A stretch of 47,497 nucleotides of DNA from Rhizaria sp. SCN 62-66. Taxonomy: Eukaryota. The notes below the pieces were generated by a model. It made no database searches, was not told where the DNA came from, and saw nothing but the letters and a program-made list of their open reading frames with translations. Below are positions 35,201 to 45,070 of this stretch, one piece after another. How positions within the stretch are numbered: position 1 is the first letter of the stretch; every line of letters begins with the position of its first letter. The stretch is from the NCBI GenBank assembly GCA_001724265.1, contig MEDY01000330.1:1-47497 (forward strand). The letters run 5' to 3'. Position numbers and translations under genes: made by a program.

Positions 35201-38200
35201 CCGGCGGTACTCCTCGTCGGTGTCACTACCACCCTTAGACTGCGCGCCGTCATCATGAATATTGCTTGCCGGCACCGAGGGTAGCGAATACTTAGACTTG
35301 TTTTTCGAGGGCATATCGTCGTCAACGTCGGGGGTCTTGCCGTCCAAGTGCGCTGTGCTATAGGGGTCGCGCAGTCCTTCCCACAGTCGCGACCGCGGCT
35401 GCGGCTGCTGGCACTGCCCATGGTCGCCACGCGCGTGGTCCCGGTCACCGCCACCGGTGTCCAAGTCAAACTTGTTGCCGTCGGCGTCCGACGGGGACAG
35501 CAGAGAGCGCGCCATCTCAGCGAGGTCCTTGGCCTGTTGTGACGTGAGTTTGCTCGGCAGCGGAGACTTGGCGCTCCTCACGCCGCTCGCCGCGCGGTAG
35601 CTACGGTCAGCAGCTCTGTCGTTGGCGGCGCCGTCGCTGGTGCTCGCCAGACGGTCGTTGCCGATGACGCGGCGCAGACCGAGGCGCACCGCGGTCGCGG
35701 TCGCGGTGGCGTCGGCGCGTTGTTGCGCGAGCAGCGCTGCCACGACGGCGGCGACGTCGGCCGCGGTCGCGGTAGTCTTGCTTTTGGCCCTGTCGGCACT
35801 GTCACCGTTTCTATCACGGTTAGTGTCGTCATCACTGCTACGATTGACATCCCGAGCCGCAGTGTGTCTGTGGTTAAGCTTGTTGTCGCCATCATCATCG
35901 CTGTCGCCGTTCAGCAAGTACGTGTTGTGCTTCTGCTGACCGCTACCTCTGCGCGGGTCTATGTGCGGACTGCCGGTCGCGTCACTGCCAACGCCACGGT
36001 TGTTGCGAGCGCTGGGATGCGCGTCGCGGCCCCAGTCCTTCCAGTCCTTCAGCGCTGCGAGCATGCTATCGTCGCTGCTGGTAGCCCCGTCTCTAGCGTC
36101 ACGGTCGTTAGAGCGGACGTGGCCAGCGGCGGCGTGACTCTCGTTCATGCGGTCAATAACACTTTCGTCATCGTCACTCTGCTCGTTGTCGCGACTACGT
36201 GCGTTGACGTGGCTGTCGTCGTCGCCATTGTCGTTCACATCGTATCGGGCAAACGCGTTCGCGTCAGCTTCCTGCTCCTCGCCGTCAGTGTCACCAAACC
36301 ACTCACCTGTCTCTGGTGCACTCGGGCTGTCGTTGAGAGGCGGCTTCAATTTGATTTCGCCACTTGAGACACGAATCACGTCCGCGCCATCGTGCCCAGC
36401 GTCACTATCGCCACTGGGGTCGCCAGAATACCGACCGTTGGCATTGTTGCTCACAGCAGATTTGCCGCCGCGAGCACCGCGGGCAGAGTTATATGCGCCC
36501 TTGCGTTGCTTATACTTCGTGCGCTTTGCCTCAGCCGCAGCGGCCGCCTTGTGTTGTTGCTGCTGCTCCTGCAGCCGCTGGTGCTGCCGCTTTTGCAAGA
36601 ACGCCTTGCGCTCAGCCGCGACGGCCTTAGCACGCACGACGCTGCGGGTGAGCCGCAGCCAGTGCTTCAAGCAGTCACGCACAGTGCGCGGCCACCGAGC
36701 GTTGTCGCTCGCTGCGATCGGATGCGCATTCGCAGCAGCCCTGCTGTGACGAGCAGTGGAGTGAGTCCTGTCGACGCCACTCTTTGCGGCGCCAGCGTTG
36801 GTGTTCACGCTCGTGTTTAGGTGGAGGTTCGAGTGCTTGCGGACGTTGGGGCCCGTGGCAGCGGCGGCAGCGGCGGCGCTCGCAGTGCTGCGCATGTAAC
36901 TAGGCACAGACCCGCCGTCGGTTCCTGTATTCAGCATGCTGTTCTTATCGGTGGCACGGCGTGTGTTGACACCGCCACTAGCCTTCACGGCGGTGGTTTT
37001 TGCAGCCTCACGAGCACTCTCAGCGCTCTTGATGGGCTTCACGTCGATGCCGTTCTTCGATGTGGCCATGCTCAAGTCATCATCGTCACGGCCGTGATCT
37101 GCTTTAGCGTTGTTCTTATGATCGTTGGCGTCGTGTGGCTGAGCTTCAGGCTCAAACTCATCCTCGTAAACATCATTATCATTGTCATCATCAGCGTTGT
37201 CGCCATCTGTCTTCTCAACGGGAGTCGTGTCGTTCTTCGCAGTCGCTGGCTGAGGCTGTGCGTTAGCGTCATTCTCGGTGTTGTCAAAGACATCGCTCTC
37301 CACCTCAGCCACAGTGCCGCCGTCTAGCGGAGCCCACGCACGAGCGTTGTTAGGCTTGACTGCAGGCTTACTCTCGTTGACAGTGCTGGCGTTATGGCCA
37401 CCGCGACCCAGGCTCGCATCATTACCGTCCTCGTCGTCGTGCTCAACATCGTTGTTACCCGCGCTACTGTGATCTTTGTGTACGATAATAGCACGGGCCT
37501 TGTCCTCTTCTTCTTCGCTGTTACCAGCAGAATCAAAGAGCCCCTCGCGCTCACCAGAGTAGCCATCGCTGTCAAAGCCCTTGTTGCGCTCATCAACACT
37601 ACTGTTGTTGTTGTTGTTGTTGTTGTTGCTGTTGTTGTTGCAATTATACTGTGCGTCCTCGCCCTCGCGCAGCGCCCTGTCGCGCTGCCCGCGCTGCCAC
37701 GCCGCCTCAAGGACTGCCAGCTCCCTCTGCCGACTCACCCTGCCGGCCCACTCCTTCCACCAGCCTACCGCGCTCTGCAGCAAACGTAGGTTCTTCTTCG
37801 CACGCATCCACACGCCCATCGCCGCTGCGTGCCACGCGCGGAATGCGCGCGCGTGCAGGCCTTCGAGCCGCCACTTGGTGAACACGCGCTCGCACGACCG
37901 CAGCCACCGCGCCTTGTCGCGCCACTGCACGCTGCGAAACGCCCACTTCTGCAGCGCTTGCACAGCCGTGTGCCGGCGGAACTGGTCCGCGGTGCGCGCC
38001 AGCGCGGCCTCGCGGCGCGTTGCCAGCACGCCCTTCCAGTGGAACCACGCCTTGGCCACGACGCGGAGGTCGCCAATCACGCCAGCGCCGCGTTCGTCCG
38101 CCTGCTGCTGCTGCCGCGTCGCGAAGACACCGCGCCACTGCGCCCACGCCTTGCGCGCAAGCCGGCGCCGATGCTCCTGCCGCAGCGCGTCGGCGGCCTG

Positions 38201-40897
38201 GTTAGACTGCAGCGCCGCGAGCCTCAGCGCGGAGAAGGCGCGGACCATAGATCGCAATTCGCGGCGCCGCGCGATGACCGTGGCGGCCGTGCGGGCCTTG
38301 GAGACAACGCGCATCACGCAGTACGCGTCGTACACGCGCCGCTGGTTCGTCGTTTCGGCCAGGATCGCGCCCAGGAGACGCGTGCGGCGGATGCGGCGGG
38401 ACAACGTGCGCCATGCCTACAGTGGCACAAATAAGTGCAAAAATCATAAACGTGAAATTATAGCGCAATACAATGGTCATTAATGATACCGTGATCACGC
38501 ACAGATGTGAAATATCTGGAGTTTAAAACAAAGTTAAGTGGTTCAACGCAAAGAGATATCAAAATGTACCTGGAAAGTGGACTCTGCGACGCAGCGGCCG
38601 TGGATGGCGCGAAGAGCGCAGAAGCGGCGCCATGCGCGGAAATGCGCGCGCGCCGTCGCCACACGCGCGCGCAGAGCCAGCTCTTGGCGCCAGGCCTGCA
38701 GAGAGCGCGCGCAGAGCGAGCGGGTGCGAAAGCGGAGTGCGACAGACGACATGACAGCGTAGATAGAGCGGCTGTGGGCGCTGGCAAGGTCGGACGTCGT
38801 GACGCCCTCGAAGCTGACGCCGCCGCCGTCATCCTCGTCCAAGTCGACGATGTTGCGCTCATACGTGTTGCTGCGCGTATCATTCATCGCAGCGCTGGTG
38901 TTCGCGCTAGTGTAATGATGGTTGATGTTGCTATTATTATGAGAGACCCATGGCAGAGAGGACGCGAGTGCGGAGGACGGCCTACTTACATCGACCCCTT
39001 TAGACGGTCCTGCAGCGGCTGAACGCAGTCCGCCGCCAGTCACTGTATTCGCAATACTGCGCGCAGGGTAACGCGCACCGCTTAATGCAGTGTCATTCGC
39101 GTCGTTGGTGCTGTTGGTGCTATTTTTGTTGTCAAAGTGACCGTGTGCAGGAGGGTGATCAGTGCTCGCCAGATGGACATTGGCTTCATTGTACAGAATC
39201 ACGGTCTTATCGTCAGGGTTCGTCCTGCTTTCACTGCGCACAGAGTAAGCAGCGCGACTGATGCCGTTACTGTCATATTGACGCGAGTTGTTTACGTTAA
39301 CACTGACCGGCTCAGCATTGCGCTCTTGTTGTTCAGAATACGACTGCTCACCAAAGCCCGACTGCTCTCGCGCATTACGCTCAAAGCTCTTCTTGACACG
39401 CTGCTCAAACAGCTCTTTCTGCCCCATCTTAAGGAGCATCTCCGCCAGCACTCGCTCCTCCTGCGCTCGCCGGTCCAGCGGCACCCCGTCATGACTATGC
39501 GGCGCACTGCCTCGATCATGCCCCACGATCCTGTCCGCCCCCAGTCCGCGCTGGTGCTGGCGCGCCATCACATCCACAAACCGCCTCCCGTGAACTCTGG
39601 CGGCGGGCGGCTCAGTCGCGCGGCCCGGGTCTTCACTGCACGCCCCCACTGGCGGCGCCCGGCGCTGGTGCTGGGTGGCGGCCGCAGCGGCCGCTCGCCG
39701 CTGACGCTCTTGCTCCACCGCGTGCGCTTGCGCTGAATCTTGCGCCTGTGCCTGTTCTTGCGCGTGCTGTTGTTCACGTTGTATCCGCTGGCGCTCCAGC
39801 GATTCGGCCTCGCGGCGCAAGATGTCGCGCTCCTGCAGCTGTTCATGGTGCTGGCGCTGCGCATGCAGCAGCTGTTGTTGGCGCGCAAGCTGCTGCTGCT
39901 GCTGCTGCTGCGGCTGCTGTGGCGTGCGCGCGGTCTGATGGCTGCCGCCGTGGCCCAGAGCTGCGACTGCGGAGGCCGTGGGGTGGCCGGGCGCGAGGTG
40001 ACTGTGGGCCGCGATTGTGGTCGGCGCAGGAGGTCGCTGCGCAAAGTGACCGTGGACAGCGGAGTGACCGTGAACAGCAGAATGGTGACCGTGAGCAGCA
40101 GATGTGTTGTGTGCGGGGTAGTCGGAGGCGTCAGTGGGCAATTGTTGGCCGCGAAAAGACGTCGTTGCAGTCGCTGCCGCAGTGGGCTTGGGGGGATACT
40201 GCTCGACACCCTGGCCTCCGTGGTCATATTGACCGTGATAATCACCGTGATCATTGTCATATTCGTACTCGTACTCGCGGTTTATGGGAAACGGCTGCGA
40301 GAACACAGCAGCAGGGGCAAGACCGGGGCCGTATGCAGGGCGATGCGCAGCAGCAGTAGCCATCGCAGCGGCTCCAGAGTGACTGTGAGCGGTTGAGGGA
40401 GCGGGATGGGGTCCGATTATAGCGTTGCTGTGATGCAAGTCAGACAGACTAAGGGGAGACGACGCGCGCTCAACATCAGCACCATTATCCGTGCCATTCG
40501 GGGCAACAGAGGCAGTGGCAGCGGGTGGAGCTTTGTTATTGTGGTCAGCGTTGATGCGACTGAGCACGCCGGCGTAGGCGTGGGGCTGGAGGTTTTCGAC
40601 TGAAAAGGGCATCGAGTGCGCCAACGAGTACTCACGGTGCCTCGCAGCAGCGGCCGTGGCGGCAGAGGCAACGCGCGGGTCCGTATCGTCGTGGTACATG
40701 TGCGCGCGGGTCTGCGGGAGCCCGCGGCCTTGGAACCGCTGCTGTTGGGCATTCGAACCGGGGGGGGCAGGAGCGGTATCTGCTCCTATAGCAGCGCCCA
40801 GGCCACTCTGGGGGGCTGAATGTGGCGTCGGGAATACCGCAGTGTCCCGGGCAGGTTGTGCACTGGGCCGCAAGTGCGTGGGGCGCGTGGTGCTCAT
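32285..40897 (-). CDS. ~2819-aa largely disordered protein with a central Sfi1-repeat-like (putative centrin-binding) Arg/Trp helical region; exons 40897..38570, 38416..32285
   Basis: A phase-0 intron CAG/GTACAT...TGTAG joins the 784-aa and 2039-aa ORFs (STFQ|AWRTLSRR). Periodic motifs RSLQAWRQ, HFRAWRRF, TFQAWRT, RKAWAQWRG, KAWFHWKG, ALQKWA, RAFRAWH and AVGWWKEW match the Sfi1-type (F/L)xxW(R/K) pattern. The gene model is firmer than the Sfi1 label. Ends TGA. Confidence 0.68.
37603..37640 (-). repeat. AAC trinucleotide tract encoding poly-Asn
   Basis: (gtt)n run on the + strand, translated as NNNSNNNNNNNN. Confidence 0.85.
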
Positions 40898-41554
40898 GAG
40901 GAGACAACGCTAGGGTGAAGCTAGACGCGACGGTTGTGATCAAACGAGTCGCTTTCTTCGAGTCGGACAGAAAGAGATTTGAATCAAGGTATTTACGGGA
41001 ATAACAGTTAGCTGCTGAGCTGAAATACAAAATACAAAACACATCGTTCTTGTGATCTCTTAGATAGTTATTAGAATACAAATTTACGATCAAAATAAGG
41101 CGGTAGCACGAGGTCAATCGGGTTGTTGATCGAACGAAGCTCAGAGCCGTTGGCGAGTGGTGGTCGATTTTCTGCGAACCGTGGCCCTCGGCCGGAAATG
41201 CCGACGTGCTTGTCGAGGCTTGACCGGATCACAATTGCCTTTATTAAAGCAACATTATCCCTACGAAGTCGATTTAGTTGTTGTATTCCAAAAGAACTCA
41301 ATTGTTAGGTTTTGAATGTATTTTACGATTTATGGTCGAAATGGTTTCAGAGCAAGAAACTTGTCTTTCCGAGACTGGGTCATTGTCACTTGAGCTTGCG
41401 TCCGGTATATTCATTTTTGACTTGATTTGACGCCCCATTATCACAGTTCTTGGTTCAAAAACTTGAACACGACACGTTCACTTACCCAAGCTCCACATAT
41501 CCGCTGGTCTTTGTGCTTTCACTGGCTTTTCCTCTCAGTTTCTTCGCTTCCGCG

Positions 41555-44472
41555 ATGTCGCAGCCCTCGGTCGCGTCACCGCCGACAGAGTCGGAGCTTC
41601 AAAAGCTCTCTAAAGAGGACCTTATCCGTCTTCTCCTCACACTCACTCCTACCACCGGCTCCTCTGCGACCTCCGGTGCGTCTGCGACCTCCAATGAGGT
41701 TACAGATTTCTCCACAGAGCCCTTCTCGCGCCACACACTGTTCGACGAGGACGAAGTGCCGACCAAGATCTTATTCGACGGCCACACGCTGACTCCCGAG
41801 CACCTCGTCGCGATCGGCTACAACCGTGACATCGAGGTCGACCTCTCGCCCCTCGCATGGACCCGCGTGCGCCGTTCGCGCCAGATCGTCGACAACATCC
41901 TCGCCCGCAAGGAGACTGTGTACGGCATCAACACTGGTTTCGGCAACTTCGCCTCGGTCCGCATCAACGACGACCAGCTCCGCACCCTGCAGACGAATCT
42001 GATCCGCTCCCACGCCGCGGGCGTTGGCGAGCCCCTTTCGGTCGAGCAGGCGCGCATGCTCCTCGCACTGCGCATCAACGTCCTCGCCAAGGGCCACTCC
42101 GGCATCCGGCCTGAGTCCCTCCAGACGCTGCTCCAGTGCCTCCGCAAGAACTGCATCTCGCGCGTGCCGTGCCAGGGCACCGTGGGCGCGTCGGGCGACC
42201 TGGCGCCGCTGTCGCACCTCGCGCTGGGCATCCTCGGCGAGGGCCAGATGTGGGACCCGCGCACCGAGCGCTACGCCGACGCCGCCGCCGTGCTCGCAGC
42301 GCACGACATCGAGCCGCTGCGGCTCGAGGCCAAGGAGGGGCTCGCGCTCATCAACGGCACGCAGCTCATTGTCGCGCTTGGCTGTGAAGCCGTTGTGCGC
42401 GCCTCGCGCCTTGCGCGCCAGGCTGATGTTGTCGCAGCGCTGACTGTGGAGGCGTTGCGCGGATCGACCACGCCGTTTCATGCCTTCATTCACCAGGCGC
42501 GTCCTCACCGCGGACAGGTATGGCAGCCACTCATATATCACGGGAAAAATGAACAAAGATAGAATTTATGTATATCTCAATTTGCGTATCATATTTAATG
42601 TACCTATTATTCATCAAAGTTTAATTTTATTCCATTTAATTAACGTATTGTGCTTCAATTCCTTTGTTTTATGTAATATCCGCAGGGTCTCGTTGCTGCG
42701 CGCATGCGCCAGCTGCTGGGCTGGGCGCGCGGCAAGAGCGAGATCGCCGCCTCCCACGCCAATTGCTCCAAGGTCCAGGACTCGTACACTCTGCGCTGTA
42801 TCCCACAGGTTCACGGTGTCGTCAATGAGACGGTGCATTTCGTGTACAAGATTCTTCTCACGGAGATGAACTCGGCCACGGATAACCCCATGGTGTTTCC
42901 CTGGGGCGCCGCCGCCGACGTCCACTCGCTCTCGCAGGCACGCACTCACTTTGCGCTTAAAACAAGTCATATTAGCTGGATTGTGTTATATTGTTCTAAA
43001 TTTCACTTGTATTGTCATGTCAACACATTATTTATCAAAATGAAGTTTACTCACTAAAGTACACTGATGTTTTTTTGCTCACATGCTTTATGACATATGC
43101 AGGGCCAGATCGAGGCTCTGGAGCGCAAGGCGCGCGTGGAGGAGGCCCGCAAGCGCCGTCTGCTCCGCACCCGCGGCCACGGCGGCGACGACTCCGACCC
43201 CGACGACGCCGCCACCGACAGCGCCAGCCACGCGGGCGAGTGCACGCCGCGGTCCGCCGAGGCCGCGGCGGCGTTGGCCGAGGACGAGGAGGACGAGGAC
43301 GAGGACCACGTGCTTGCCGAGGCGCGGTCGTTTAGCTCGCTCGCGGACATGCACGCCTCGCAGCCCGACGCCGGCGCCGGCGCTGCTGGAGGTGTCAAGC
43401 GCATTTACACCGACAACAGCGCGGGCTGCAGCAACGCGGTCAAGGCAAGCGCGTGCGGGGCCAGTGCGCCGCAGCAGGCGGCGACGCCGGCGCGGAGTAC
43501 ACTGGTTGGCGCGTGCTGCCAGCCCACATCGACTGAGGCCGCCGGCGAGGACTCGGTCCCCGCCAACAAGTTCACTCTCCAGGTATGCAATTGCTCACAA
43601 TCGACACTAAAGGACTCTAATATGCTCGAACTAGTGTATATTTTTGTATTTATATTAAACGCAGACTTAGTATACTAAATTTCAATTTTAATTCCTAAAG
43701 CTCACATTATTACTTCATGTATCTTGCTACATCTCCTACTTTCTCTCAGGGCCGCGCCGCTGCATTTGCGGACTACGAGCACGTGGACGAAGGCATCATC
43801 CTCTCCGGAGGCAACTTCCACGGCGAGTACCCGGCCAAAGCGCTCGATTTCCTCGCCATCGCGATCCACGAGCTGGCTGCGATCTCTGAGCGCCGCATCG
43901 AGCGCCTCGTCAACGGCCACCTCTCCGGTCTGCCGGCGTTCCTGGTCCGTGAGGGCGGGCTCAACTCGGGGTTCATGATCGCCCATTGCACGGCCGCCGC
44001 GCTGGTGTCGGAGAACAAGGGTCTCTGCCACCCGGCGTCAGTGGACTCCATCTCGACCTCGGCCGCGCAGGAGGACCACGTCTCCATGGGCGGTTGGGCG
44101 GCTCGCAAGTGCGTGCGCGTCGTCTCCCACGTCGAGCAAGTGCTGGCCATCGAGCTGCTGTGCGCCGCGCAGGCCGTCGACTTCCTCCGGCCGCTGCGGT
44201 CGACGCCGGCACTGGAGCGCGTGCATGCCGCCGTGCGCGCGCGCGTGCAGCCGTGGGACTGCGACCGGTACATGGCGCCCGACATTGACGCCGCGCACGC
44301 GCTGCTCAAGAGCGACGCCGTGTGGGCCGCCGCAAAGGGGCACGTCGACGCGAAGCTCCACGCGTTTGTGCTTTCTCCCGGCGGCGCGCACAGTGTTGGC
44401 CACGGCAGTGTTCCGCGCGCTGAGGCCGCCGCGGGTGTGGAAGCCACGTCGTGCGCTGCGAAACGCGCATAA
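41555..44472 (+). CDS. HAL: Histidine ammonia-lyase (histidase), ~805 aa including a ~185-aa internal insertion; exons 41555..42517, 42686..42937, 43103..43582, 43750..44472
   Basis: [37 protein letters not shown] (MIO-forming Ala-Ser-Gly), [90 protein letters not shown]. Three phase-0 introns. Ends TAA. Confidence 0.96.
42938..43102 (+). other. Probable non-canonical GC-AG intron in HAL
   Basis: Composition switches from GC-rich to AT-rich at CAG/GCACGC, which is the local CAG/GTACGY donor consensus with T>C. The 165-nt length matches neighbouring introns and a phase-0 join to the acceptor at 43102 keeps the frame. Confidence 0.7.
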
Positions 44473-44644
44473 GATAATTTCGCGCCGCAACTGTGTTGGT
44501 GGAAAAGCTAATCTACTTGCCAGTTACTGTGTACTCTGAAGGAGCGAAGTGAAGAGTAGTGCGATTTTACTCAACTCGTCAAAAAATAGAATACATATTG
44601 TATGATGGAATTGCAGCAACGATTATTTATTCTTTGGGTGAATC

Positions 44645-44972
44645 TTGCATGGTCATGTGTGGACGCGTATCGAGTTCTCTTACATTTGGGAGTCACCAAA
44701 TGTCACTCTAGTAGCACGGATATGATGTCACAAAAAACATTTTGTTCAACGTATATTCACTGCATATAACGCAGGTAATATATCGGATGCGTTTGTTAAC
44801 CTTCATTTTCCGGCAAAACTCACACGCAATAGCTGCATTTGAACTTTGTGGTGAGGAAGCAAGATAGGGGAATTATTCCACAACATCAGTCATGTTCGTG
44901 ATGATGAAAAAATACTAATTCGAAAAGTTAAGGTTGCATGTCTGGACGCTTATTCAAGTTCTCCTACCATTT
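44645..44972. repeat. Degenerate ~40-nt direct repeat pair in the convergent intergenic region (~44645..44687 and ~44934..44972)
   Basis: ttgcatggtcatgtgtggacgcgtatcgagttctcttacattt versus ttgcatgtctggacgcttattcaagttctcctaccattt. Confidence 0.55.
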
Positions 44973-45070
44973 ACATCATTCTTTGCGGACTTTAAAACAG
45001 ATTCTATTGGTTTAAGTTGTGCTGACGTTGTAGTTGTGTAAGGTTGCATAAGTTCACGCGCATCAGTGTG

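Noticed and set aside
41100..41235. GC-richer island with short complementary segments (agcacg/cgtgct, ggtcaa/ttgacc, tcggc/gccga) in the divergent region upstream of HAL, as a possible ncRNA
   Set aside because: The helices are only 5-6 bp and partly incompatible, and I recognise no snRNA, SRP or tRNA motif; an Infernal/Rfam scan would be needed.
24782..44472. ACMSD plus HAL as an amino-acid catabolism gene cluster
   Set aside because: Different pathways (Trp versus His), ~15 kb apart, separated by two unrelated large genes.
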